From a virus (lineage: Duplodnaviria > Caudoviricetes): a DNA stretch of 63,727 nt. The notes below the pieces were generated by a model. It was given only the letters and a program-made list of their open reading frames with translations, made no database searches and was not told the DNA's origin. The stretch spans positions 1-63,727 of the IMG/VR virus record IMGVR_UViG_3300033153_006754; one strand, 5' to 3'. The position numbers and the translations under genes were made by a program. Shown here piece by piece: positions 32,278 through 42,500 of this stretch (its first letter is position 1; every line of letters starts with the position of its first letter).

Positions 32278-34323
32278 TTATCTCGAGTCAGCTACTTCTA
32301 GCTGAGTCATACACTTGTCATGGTAGAACAAATCCCCGGGTTTGAAACGCTTTATTTTGAACGGCCCGTTGCCTTTGCAGTCTTCGCATGCCACATCACC
32401 TAGTCCCCACTGTACGTGCTTGTACTTGGCAACCTGAGCCATCCTTGCGTAAGCATAGTTCTCAGCCAAGAAGGCCAGCTGGTTGAATGCACTGGTAACA
32501 TGCATGGTGTACAGATCAGCCACGGCAGCTCGATCCTCGATCGTTGTGGACCGCTCAAGTTTCTTCCTGAAATCTTCACGAAGATATTTGAGTCTTGGCA
32601 TCATGAAGTCATCAACGAACCCATCCTGTATGTTGGTGCCAACATAAAGTCTGGTACCAATCTCGTTGTTGAGGCGCTGACATCCTTCAGCCATCCAGCT
32701 GTAGATGTGCTTCTCAGCATATGAATCTACGACGTCCATGAAGTTGTCCAGGCCACCTAGTGAAGACAGTATGGGTGACCGGTGGTCAGCTATGCAGTCC
32801 TGCAGAGCTGCTATGGCCGCCATGTTGGCTGCTACTGTCGGTTTCGAAGTAGACTTCTTGCTCTTGTTCTCCGGCTGCTCCCTGTTGGCTGTGGCCTTGA
32901 CACCACCAATGCCTTCCTTGTTGTCAGCCTGGACCTCTGCCAGCTTCTTCTCGAGGATCTCAAAGTGCATCCTCTTCCTCTGCTCATCAGTGACAGGGTC
33001 TCTGCTGATCTCGATCCTTGCCTCGTCCTCGTCAAGCAGCCCACCCTGGTACAGTGCCAGGGAATGGTTCTCGTGTGCCCGCCGCTCCTCCTGATCAATG
33101 GTCTGGAACACCAGGTACACCCTGTTCTCCGGAATAGGCAGCTCACCCATCTCGAGCACCAGCTCGTCAAGGATGAAGTAGGTGAAGTACCAGCTGAAGA
33201 ACTCCTGGAATCTGGTGCACCTGTCAGACAGGCCCTTGGACATGGTCTGTGCTGTGGCCCTGTTGGCTGTTTCACCACGGCCGATATCGATACCGGACAG
33301 GTTCAGACCTGACAGCACGCGTGCCTCATAGTACTGTACATATGGCTCTGCATTAACTGCCTTGTTCTTGGTGCCCAGCACGACGATCTCATGCCTGTAT
33401 GGAGTTACAAGCCCACCCTCAAAGGGCATGTTGGCAATCTCGGCTCGAACGTCGTTCACCTCAGAGTGACCGTCATCATATTCCCTGGCATCCTCAGTCT
33501 CTGTGCCCACCTTGTAGTGGAAGAACGGGAATGCATGCTTGTGCACCAGCACCTCAACGAGCTCCTCGATCCTTCTTAGGGCGAGGATGTCATCGAGAAC
33601 TGGTATCGGGAATGGTGTACCAAAGATGTGACCCTTCTTCTTCCGGAAGGGCATGTGCACTACGTTGTAGGGCTTGAACTTCTTGAACACCCTGCCACCA
33701 GTGACCTGATGCCAGTTGGTGATCTCCCGGACGCCACGCTTGCTGGTTCGGATGAACGGCTTCATACCAGCAGAGTTCGGGGAGAAGATACCAGTGATTG
33801 GCGCCAGGTTCCGGCCGAACCGGCTGCGATAGGTCTCCTCGCCCTCTTTGCGGGCAAGAACGTAGAACACATTGGAGGACTCAACGAGGTCCTCAATGCC
33901 GGCTTCAATGATGCGCTCCAGGGGCTCGTTCTGGCTCCACGAGATCTCATGGAGGCGCTTCATCACGTATGAGCGGGTAGCTGGATTCTGGCCCTTGAAT
34001 CCCCACTTACCCTTGAGGATTAGCTCCTCATGCTTGTCAAACGCAAGCCTCATGTAGGATTCCGTGTCCATCGCCTTGAAGATCTCTGCCAGGTTGTATT
34101 CTGGCTCGGCGAACCCTGCACGGAATTGCTTGCTCTCGTAGGACAGGATGACGGGCTTCTGCTTCGTCTTTGGAAGCTTGGCGCCCTGGGTGTTGACTCC
34201 AGGTGCGACCCCTACCTGAATATCGTGTATTGTCGTCAATACAGGTTCAGGTCTGGATCCACCAAAGAGTCGCTTCCATCCTCTACGGATTAGGCCTGGA
34301 GCTACCGATGGTGCTACTGGCAT
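32278..34323 (-). CDS. Portal protein with C-terminal extension
   Basis: 681 aa; VVHMP..IFGTP..PVLDD, GRGETANRATA, LDEDEARIEI; C-terminal CEDC..HDKC. Confidence 0.85.
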   Translation of the reverse strand: MPVAPSVAPGLIRRGWKRLFGGSRPEPVLTTIHDIQVGVAPGVNTQGAKLPKTKQKPVILSYESKQFRAGFAEPEYNLAEIFKAMDTESYMRLAFDKHEELILKGKWGFKGQNPATRSYVMKRLHEISWSQNEPLERIIEAGIEDLVESSNVFYVLARKEGEETYRSRFGRNLAPITGIFSPNSAGMKPFIRTSKRGVREITNWHQVTGGRVFKKFKPYNVVHMPFRKKKGHIFGTPFPIPVLDDILALRRIEELVEVLVHKHAFPFFHYKVGTETEDAREYDDGHSEVNDVRAEIANMPFEGGLVTPYRHEIVVLGTKNKAVNAEPYVQYYEARVLSGLNLSGIDIGRGETANRATAQTMSKGLSDRCTRFQEFFSWYFTYFILDELVLEMGELPIPENRVYLVFQTIDQEERRAHENHSLALYQGGLLDEDEARIEISRDPVTDEQRKRMHFEILEKKLAEVQADNKEGIGGVKATANREQPENKSKKSTSKPTVAANMAAIAALQDCIADHRSPILSSLGGLDNFMDVVDSYAEKHIYSWMAEGCQRLNNEIGTRLYVGTNIQDGFVDDFMMPRLKYLREDFRKKLERSTTIEDRAAVADLYTMHVTSAFNQLAFLAENYAYARMAQVAKYKHVQWGLGDVACEDCKGNGPFKIKRFKPGDLFYHDKCMTQLEVADSR

Positions 34324-36175
34324 TTCTCAGGTCCCTACTCAGCTGGATGCTTAATCCCATTGCCTTCAGGATCTGCTGAGGACTAGCGTTGCGACGCAGA
34401 CAGTCCTCCATGCGGAACCGTTTCGAACCGTCAACCCCTGGGCCTTCACTAGGCTGGATCGGTAGACCCAACGACGTCGTGAACTCCTCGAGTTTGAACG
34501 TCTCCCACGGATCATCGCCAACCGGCAGCTTAACCGGTGTGGGCAACCCTTGTGAGACTCGGTTCACAAAGTCCTCTACCTCCTCCGGGTTGGGCATGTT
34601 ATCCCCTTCCCGTGCGCAGAGGTTACCGCGCTCAATGGCCTCAAGGATCTGATTCAGTACGTCGAGGATTACACGACACTGTTTCGAATCCCCAAGAAGC
34701 CGGAGCGATAGATTTCCTTTGTAACCCTTGACCTCAATTCGATTCCAGACTTTCTGGATGAGTTCCTTGAGCTTCTTCTGCAGCCGCAGCAACCCGTCAA
34801 GTGCATACTCGATCATCTGGTCAACGGGCGCGCAGGCCATAACTATATCGTAGAGCTCTGGGTCAGGCCACTGAGATTTGTCGACCATCGCCAGAGCGTC
34901 GTTCTTGTACTTGGTGAAGAACCGATCAACCTGGTGCATGATCGGCTCCAGGATACTCTCAGCCATAAAGCTATGCACCCGGTTCTGCATACCGCTCATA
35001 GCTGAGCCAAGGTCGACGCTGAAACCTCTTGCTCCAGACGTCAGGCTGAATTTCAGCAGCTTGAGCTGCTGTGTCGGCAAGGCGCCAACGAATAATACCA
35101 GACAGCATAGCAGGTCAGCTGTGAGTTTGGAACTAAGAATCGAAGCCAACCTGTCGACTCTCTGGTTGACAGCGTGGGCTTTGTACACCATAGACCTGTA
35201 GATGTCCTTGCTCATTGAGAAGGCAGCCTGCTCAACCTCCTCGACCTTGCGGCCGTAGTGGTCGAACTCAGCTATGGACTGTTTCACGTCAGCCTTGTCA
35301 CCCTCGAGGATATCGTAGGACTGCCAACCTTCATACCCGGGCTCTGTGTTGTTGGTCATGAAGTCCTGGGAATAGCGCACAATAGCGTCCCAGTAGTATG
35401 GACGATTGATGTTCTGGTACCTGCTGATCAGGTCATCACCACCCTGCTCCTCAGCTAGTGCAATAGCATCATCAGCAGTAAGATCACTGAGACCAGGATC
35501 GGAGGCTATGGTCTCCTTGAGGAGATCCTTGACCTCCTCCTTGTTCTCGGCGATCTGTAGCAGCAAGGCAGCCAGGCCAATTATGTACTGAATCCTGGAC
35601 GGCGCCTGCTCAGTCCCGGGGTAGATCTTCGGCGCGGCTACCTTGGCCATGTCTGTAGACGAGTGAGGGCTGGAGATCTTGTTGGCTACATACAGCAGCA
35701 TGAACTGGCCAGCTATCATGGCCAGTTCTTTGGGATCAATATCATCGCCGAGAATGAACTGCTGCTCGTTCAGCAGCCGGCCGTCCAGCTCGGCATTGCC
35801 GGAGGTGATGTTGACCACCACATCAAGGTTAATGTTGGACCTGCGGTAGCCATACTCCAGGGCCTGTATGTACTCATCAAAGAAGATGTGCGTGCTGGGA
35901 CGGTCAGGGAATAGAGTCCGGAGTGCCTGCTTTACCTCATACGCCTTCTCGTGTACGGGGATGCTGTCCTTGGCTGTCTCCTTGATCTCATCCTGGAGCT
36001 TCTCAATCTTGCCAGCTACTCCATTGAGTCGTCGATGCAGATCTGACACCATCTCCGGGAGTATGTTCACAGACGCGCGATCTACAGGCTCCTTGCCAAT
36101 GGGAGCTGTGATAGTACGCTCACGCTTGTGCCTGAGGTCCGGTTTGCGTCCGAGGATGTTGCCGTAATCAGTCAC
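34283..36175 (-). CDS. Hypothetical virion-module protein
   Basis: 630 aa helical ORF between terminase and portal. Confidence 0.65.
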   Translation of the reverse strand: MTDYGNILGRKPDLRHKRERTITAPIGKEPVDRASVNILPEMVSDLHRRLNGVAGKIEKLQDEIKETAKDSIPVHEKAYEVKQALRTLFPDRPSTHIFFDEYIQALEYGYRRSNINLDVVVNITSGNAELDGRLLNEQQFILGDDIDPKELAMIAGQFMLLYVANKISSPHSSTDMAKVAAPKIYPGTEQAPSRIQYIIGLAALLLQIAENKEEVKDLLKETIASDPGLSDLTADDAIALAEEQGGDDLISRYQNINRPYYWDAIVRYSQDFMTNNTEPGYEGWQSYDILEGDKADVKQSIAEFDHYGRKVEEVEQAAFSMSKDIYRSMVYKAHAVNQRVDRLASILSSKLTADLLCCLVLFVGALPTQQLKLLKFSLTSGARGFSVDLGSAMSGMQNRVHSFMAESILEPIMHQVDRFFTKYKNDALAMVDKSQWPDPELYDIVMACAPVDQMIEYALDGLLRLQKKLKELIQKVWNRIEVKGYKGNLSLRLLGDSKQCRVILDVLNQILEAIERGNLCAREGDNMPNPEEVEDFVNRVSQGLPTPVKLPVGDDPWETFKLEEFTTSLGLPIQPSEGPGVDGSKRFRMEDCLRRNASPQQILKAMGLSIQLSRDLRNASSTIGSSRPNP

Positions 36176-38120
36176 CGTCTTCTGGTATCCTAAAACTTGC
36201 AGCTCGAGAACGATCCCAGGTAGGTCGACTCAAACCAGAGCTTTGACCGGCCCTGTTGAGGTGGCCAATGCGATTGCGCATACCACGGCCGCCGGAGGCC
36301 TGGCGATCGGCCACGTGCATGAACTCTGCGAATGACATTGCATTGCGATTGTGGGTGGAAGTCTGGAACGTACGCGGCAGAGGAGTGAGTCTCTTCTGTT
36401 TGTCCCTGAACTCACGATCTTTGTTCTGAGCTATCAGGTCAGTCTGGCCATCGCCGAAGTATCCTGTGAATGCAATCCTGGTGGACACATTAACCTTGGC
36501 TATGTCAGACAGCTCCATTACCACTGCATAGATGCTCAGCATCCAGGCAATCAGTGTATGCTCCTTCTCGTCAGTGAAGATTGGCTGACCATCGCGGCCA
36601 TACCTGACTACTGAGTAGTCACGCATCTGGCCGACCAGTCCGGTAGAAGTGTCCTCACCACGAGGAAGAATAACCTCATGACTCTCAACCCGGCGGACGC
36701 AGACGTCAACCATGAAGGGCTTGATGGCCTTCTTGACAAAGCCTTTGGTTAGCGGATCCCTGATCAGCTCCTTGCCGCCGAAGTTGACCGCCTTCACCTT
36801 TCTGTGGAGACGTGTCTTCGGATGCTGCATGCCCCACAGCTTGAGCGCTTCAACCTGTGTATCACCGTCACCCTGATCTACGTATATGAACTCCGGGTTC
36901 CATACCTCGTTGAGCTTGGCAATACGCTGGATGGCAGTGTGCTGAGTAAACTCCCCAGCATCTACGACCTCCTTGTACGCCGTGCGGAACTTCTGGGTGG
37001 TGAAGTCGTACCCAGTCAGGATTACGTGTACACCAATACCACGTCGATTCCAGTCAACACCCATGGTGTACATCTCGTTGGAGAATGGTACTGCACCCTT
37101 GAGCGAGTAGTCTTGCAGACACGCCTCAATATGCTTGTGCTGGAACAGACCCACTTCCATTTCGCCGAACTCAGCCATGAACTCATGAGCAAATCCGTTT
37201 GAGGAGTAGGTCTCCCTGTAGAACAGCTCGAGCTCCGGAGTCCAGTACGGTGACACAAACGAGGTGTAATGGAACTCACGGAAGTCGATGCGCTTGTTGG
37301 TGCAGTACTTCCAGTACATTGCGCGGCGCCCTGTAGGCGTCGAGCTGACAACCATCTGTGCGATCGGACCGGAGCCAGTCAAGGACGCCAGAACAGACTC
37401 AAGGGTCTCATCGTCGAGCATGTCAGCTTCATCAATGATCAGCAGGGATGGGGTCTGGCCGCGGTACTTGTCGCCCTTCTGACCGGTCCGGACACCAGCA
37501 GTCATGCCCAGCACAGATGAGTTCCCGTCCGGGTGATAGAACTCAATCTCATGCGGGTTCATCTTGTCCCTGATCTTGAACTCTGTGTCTGACATTGTGT
37601 GGCTGCGCTGGATGTACTTCCGGAGCCTGTGGAAGACCAGGTCTACCTGATCCTGGTATGGGCACAGAATGACAACCCTGAAGTCAGGGTGGGTGGCAAG
37701 GTAGTAGAGGGCAAGAATAGACAGGATTTCAGTCTTGCCGATCTGCCGGCCCATCCGGAAGACCTTCTTCCTTGCTGTGCAGCGCAGTGGCTCGATCTGG
37801 TACCAACGAGGGTCCCAGTCCAGCTCTACCTTTGCCCAGGCGATTGGGTCGTTGAACATCCACCACTGGTTGGTCTCATCCTGATCCAGCTGATCCATGT
37901 GTTCGTTGTTGCGGATCTGGATGTCAGTCGTGAGGAAGCATTTCGGAGAGAACTCCTGGCGGACAACCTCGTCGTAGTAAGTCAGGCATCGATCACAAAC
38001 GACGTCATGCTGATCACCACAAGAGGAATTATTGACCTTCGCACGTAGCTCCTTGTACCTGAGTATGCGCAAGGGACGCAGTTCAGCGGCTAGTTTCTCG
38101 GCTATGGCGCCTTGGTCCAT
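36168..38120 (-). CDS. terL: Terminase large subunit
   Basis: 650 aa; WYQ, Walker A GRQIGKT, Walker B LIIDEAD, SSTPTG, nuclease MGVDW; no intein seen. Confidence 0.93.
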   Translation of the reverse strand: MDQGAIAEKLAAELRPLRILRYKELRAKVNNSSCGDQHDVVCDRCLTYYDEVVRQEFSPKCFLTTDIQIRNNEHMDQLDQDETNQWWMFNDPIAWAKVELDWDPRWYQIEPLRCTARKKVFRMGRQIGKTEILSILALYYLATHPDFRVVILCPYQDQVDLVFHRLRKYIQRSHTMSDTEFKIRDKMNPHEIEFYHPDGNSSVLGMTAGVRTGQKGDKYRGQTPSLLIIDEADMLDDETLESVLASLTGSGPIAQMVVSSTPTGRRAMYWKYCTNKRIDFREFHYTSFVSPYWTPELELFYRETYSSNGFAHEFMAEFGEMEVGLFQHKHIEACLQDYSLKGAVPFSNEMYTMGVDWNRRGIGVHVILTGYDFTTQKFRTAYKEVVDAGEFTQHTAIQRIAKLNEVWNPEFIYVDQGDGDTQVEALKLWGMQHPKTRLHRKVKAVNFGGKELIRDPLTKGFVKKAIKPFMVDVCVRRVESHEVILPRGEDTSTGLVGQMRDYSVVRYGRDGQPIFTDEKEHTLIAWMLSIYAVVMELSDIAKVNVSTRIAFTGYFGDGQTDLIAQNKDREFRDKQKRLTPLPRTFQTSTHNRNAMSFAEFMHVADRQASGGRGMRNRIGHLNRAGQSSGLSRPTWDRSRAASFRIPEDGD

Positions 38121-38125
38121 GGTAC

Positions 38126-38566
38126 CTACGAATGTAAAATACGAGCCTCATTGCCAATTGCGCCCCGAAGCGAATAGGCTGAATTGTGCATGGCCTGTAG
38201 TGAAGATTGCCTCATCGTGTATGCCATGCGGGTGTCGACAACTGGTGAGGCGTAGTCAGGACCAGAGTTCGAACCCAGCTTCTCAATGAACCTCAGAGTC
38301 TTCACAGCTCCATGGGTTATCTCTGCTGGCATTGAGGCTACGCCCCAACCACCATGCCAGGCTGCTTTAGCAGCAAACATGGCTGGTGCCAAGTAGGGCG
38401 CAACAACGGAAGCACCGATCGCTCCCACAGTGGTCATCTTGGAGAACCAGTTGCCCCAAGGGTTCACGTTGCCGCGCATGAACCTGAGCGCGCTACCAGC
38501 ACCGTTGGCATCCAATGGGTGCCGCCCCCAAGCGTCATTTAAAGTTTTACGTGTGTAGTTGGCCAT
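38126..38566 (-). CDS. Small basic protein with hydrophobic segment
   Basis: 146 aa; coupled start/stop. Confidence 0.6.
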   Translation of the reverse strand: MANYTRKTLNDAWGRHPLDANGAGSALRFMRGNVNPWGNWFSKMTTVGAIGASVVAPYLAPAMFAAKAAWHGGWGVASMPAEITHGAVKTLRFIEKLGSNSGPDYASPVVDTRMAYTMRQSSLQAMHNSAYSLRGAIGNEARILHS

Positions 38567-38895
38567 TAGAAGCTACCTGCAAAACGACCTACCATACCAA
38601 GCATGGGATTCTGGATCCCAGTGCCATTCCTGGCGTAGTGGAGTGCCAAGGTCATGTGTGCCGAGTTACCGTAGTTCGAACCCATTCCGTGTCTGGAAGT
38701 CGGGCCGAAGGGTCCACGTTGCATGGTGGACAGTACCCGGGACATGTGAGCTGACTCTTCAGCGCGCCTCCACCTGTTTGATTGTGTATAGCCTTCACTC
38801 ACAGCAGCACCAGCACCGACAGCTGCTATAGCAGCACCACCAAGTCCAACACCAGCACCTATTGCTGCAAGGCCAATATTCCTGCCCAAAGGCAT
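38566..38895 (-). CDS. Gly/Ala-rich membrane-associated protein
   Basis: 109 aa; IGLAAIGAGVGLGGAAIAAVG. Confidence 0.6.
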   Translation of the reverse strand: MPLGRNIGLAAIGAGVGLGGAAIAAVGAGAAVSEGYTQSNRWRRAEESAHMSRVLSTMQRGPFGPTSRHGMGSNYGNSAHMTLALHYARNGTGIQNPMLGMVGRFAGSF

Positions 38896-38905
38896 ATGAG
38901 CTTCC

Positions 38906-39559
38906 TCAAATTATTCCGGTCATGACTCCGAGACCAGTGGCTGCCAGTCCCATCCTGCCACCCCAGCGACGGCCGGCAGCTCCATATCCGGCTCTGCTGG
39001 CACCAATTTGGGCCACACCACCAACGGTCTTGAAACTATTGGCAGCTCTCGCACCAAATGGAGCTGATATGGCACCGCCCAGTACAGATCCTATGCCCCA
39101 GCCAGCTCCCATCTTCATCATATTCCCGTAACCAACGAACTGACCGGCAGCCATGAGCCCTGCACCACCAGCTACACCGCCGGCAATTCGCCTGCGGCCA
39201 AAGGTAGCAGCAGCTTCCTTGCCAAATCTTCTGGTATCCCACAAGCGCTTGGTGTATTGCGATCTGCTAACTGGCCTTCTACCAGACGGAAGGGTAGTAA
39301 ACGCCTCATGCCCTGCTACTGTCTTGAGGTATCTACCCATGCCTTCCATTCTACCCTGTGCACTGAAGCCAACCCCAAAGAAGGACTTCATCTGACTACC
39401 CATACCAACGAAGCCATCATTTTGGAAGGCCTTCATGAATCCTGGGCCGCCCTCGTTCATCTGCAGCCAACCGTTCTTGCCACCCTTGATGCCAACCATT
39501 TGAGCACCTTGGTCAGCTATTGCGGCACCAGTTCTGTACATTACATCCAATACACCCAT
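38906..39559 (-). CDS. Gly-rich basic membrane-associated protein
   Basis: 217 aa; several Gly-zipper segments; RBS GGAGG. Confidence 0.6.
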   Translation of the reverse strand: MGVLDVMYRTGAAIADQGAQMVGIKGGKNGWLQMNEGGPGFMKAFQNDGFVGMGSQMKSFFGVGFSAQGRMEGMGRYLKTVAGHEAFTTLPSGRRPVSRSQYTKRLWDTRRFGKEAAATFGRRRIAGGVAGGAGLMAAGQFVGYGNMMKMGAGWGIGSVLGGAISAPFGARAANSFKTVGGVAQIGASRAGYGAAGRRWGGRMGLAATGLGVMTGII

Positions 39560-39568
39560 GCCAACCTC

Positions 39569-42500
39569 CTATGCTGCCCTTGCTGCCATACGGGAACGGT
39601 TGCGATCTAGCTTGGGAACACTGTTCATGCCAGAGTAGCGTTCGATAACACTTCTAACGCGACTACCACGTCGTTGGTTCCACAGTACATTATTAACTAA
39701 CCCAAAGGTCGGTGTAAACATAGATATTGGCCGGCCGGCCTTCGGACTCGAGGTGATCTTCCGCTTGCTCTCTGTTATCTGCAGAGTTTTTGAATCAATA
39801 TCCTGACCCTGTATTGGGTTGTAGGCACCACCGAATGGAGTCATGTCCGGGCGTGCAGGATCCATACCATGGAACCTGTTGAACTGGTTCACAGGACCAC
39901 GCATACCCTGGATGCCACCCATCTGGTAGAGCATGGCAGGATCCATACTCATGCTAGGATCAGGATTGCGGCGCTTGCGTGCACCTAGTACTGCAGCTGT
40001 TGGATACCTTACTGCTGTAGCAGCAACTTCACCAAGAACAAAAGATCCAACAAGGTTGATGACCGCCGAACCAACGAATCCAAGTATTGCCCCACCAATC
40101 GTACCAGCAGGGCCAAGAGCAGAACCTGCAGCAGCAAGCTTGGCACCAGCTGCCAGCCAGAGACCAGGTCTGATCAAAGCGAAGGCGGCCATTCGAGCAG
40201 TACCAGCAGCAGTCTCAGTAATGAAACCCTTTGTGGCATTCTCGTATTGATCCATCAGGGAGTAACCTTCGATAGCACCCCAGGCAACGTTCATGTATGG
40301 AATCTTGCCAAGAGCTCTGCCAACGCCACTCTTGCCAAACTTGCTGATACTGGAACCAACCTTGGTAAGCCGCCTCATCTTGTCTACATGTGCGGTGAAC
40401 AATGGACTGTTCTTGTTGATGTCCTTTAAGCGCTTGCCTATGTTGGTGAAGACATTCTTGACTTCCTTCTTTGCCAGGAGTGACTTCTTGTCTATGACCC
40501 TGTAGGCAAGAGCCATTTCCTCCAGGCGGCCGAAGTTGGTGATGATATCTTTTACACCGGTCACCTTGGCCATGAAGCCCTGCGGGTTGGTGACAAGATT
40601 CTTGACATTCTCACTCAGAGCATGTGTGAACTGATCCCAGGCCAGGATCTTTTTGGCACCAACGAGTTTGTTTAGCTTACCCATCTTCTTCAGGCGTTGG
40701 ATCTCGTTGGCGTCAACTCCGTATGTCCAATGCTTGGACTTTGTGGCAATGCTCTTGAACCAATCCTTGACGTTGCCACTGGCATCCTTAGTTAGTTTGC
40801 TCTGCTTACTTTCGATGTAGTCCCACAGCTTCCCAGGTGCTTCTTTGATGGACTCCCAGGAGAACTTCTTGAGTATCTTGTCGAACCACCCGAGCTTGGT
40901 ATCTGCAACACTGGCTATGTTGGTGATGAACGAGGTGCTCATCTTGCGACGTCTCATCCATGCGTGTCTGGACATCTGGTCATACTTCATTGCCTTGAGA
41001 CCAGCTTTTACCTTTTTGCCAGCAACCTTACTTTCCCTCAACTGGTTCGGCGTCAACGTTTCAGCTGGGTCCAGGAGATGACCTGCCTTAACGAATGAGT
41101 CCCAGGCCTCGAGCATTGGATGCTTGTTAGGAGCCAAATAGCGCTCGAGGCCCATTACAACACCCTGCAGACCAAGGTGCTTCAGAGCCTCCCGCTTGTG
41201 GGCAGAGGCTGCCTCTTCAGCTGCCACACCCATGTTCTGGTGCTGGGCCCAGGCTCCAACCTTGTGGCTGGCTACGAAGTCTCCATGCGGCCGCATTCCC
41301 ATGAACTCCCGCGGGTGCCGCGGTGTGTCCATCATCCGCTCGCCGATGCCTTGCTCATCACCCTTGAGCATAGCCCAGGTGCCAATTGCGACTCCGGTAA
41401 GAACCAGAGCTCCAATGCCAGCAGCAGGACCAATACCGTGGTACCTGGATGAGGATGACTTCATGCCTGAGCTGGGTGGCACTGGAACATTGCGCGCCGG
41501 GATGGACCGGTCAACCACCTTGATAGCTTTGGGTGGTTTCGCTGTTGTGGTTGGTGTTGGCTTGCGTGTTGGTGACTGTGGTGGTTTGGCATGTTGTGCC
41601 TGGGCAGCATCATCCACTTGCTCAAGGTAAGCGTCCACATCATTGACATAGAAGCCATGGCCACCGTCTTTGTAGGTCTGGAATATGACGTCCCTGGCCT
41701 TGGCATCAGGGTATGCAGCAAGGGTACGTTTCGGGGTGTCAATGACCCTGTATTTACCAGTGGTGCTACTGTGTACGTACAGCTCACCAGTGCCTGTGTA
41801 TATGGGACCTACACCCTTACCCATGTTTACGGGAGTGGTGCGATGCAGGTCTGGTCTGGTACCCGATTCACCAGGATAATGGTTCACTGCTTGTGTAAGG
41901 TCAGGTCTGGTACCTGCACCCAACGGATCGGCACTGACCGGAGCACTCGGTAGCATCGGGGATGTGACTGCAATTGGAACAGACGTAGCGTTCAGATTGT
42001 TGACCGTGGTGTTCCATATGGTACGTGAATCAATTGGAGAAGATCCGTACCTCTCATTCACTGCTGACTGTACAGCAGTGATCTTGGCTCGGCCGGACGA
42101 GAAGTCAGAGACGTTGCCACCACGAACCTGAGTTGGCGTGATGCCAGATCCAACGATACTCCATGGAGTTACTGGACCACGGATGCCAGGCAGGAAGCCG
42201 GCGTTCTTGGTGCGCTTGTTTAGCCGGCCCATGGTCTCGGCCCTGTATGCCGAGCCGACCTGATACATGTCCTGGACTTCATCTGGAGTCCATGGTGAAC
42301 GGCTGCTGTCATGAGCGCGCTGGACCAGGCCATACCAATCGGACAACGCTGCACTACGCGTAATCCTGTCCAGGGAGGTCATGGTGGTGTTGGTGACCCT
42401 CTTGCCTGCAATGAGCCCCATGGCCCGGTGCATCTGCCAGCCCTTGGACTGCCACATGCCAATCTTGCCAGAGGCGGCTAGGGCTTCAGCACTAGCGTAG

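Noticed and set aside
36168-38120. Intein or intron in the terminase
   Set aside because: Length and motif spacing are normal, with no intein splice-junction or homing-endonuclease motifs.
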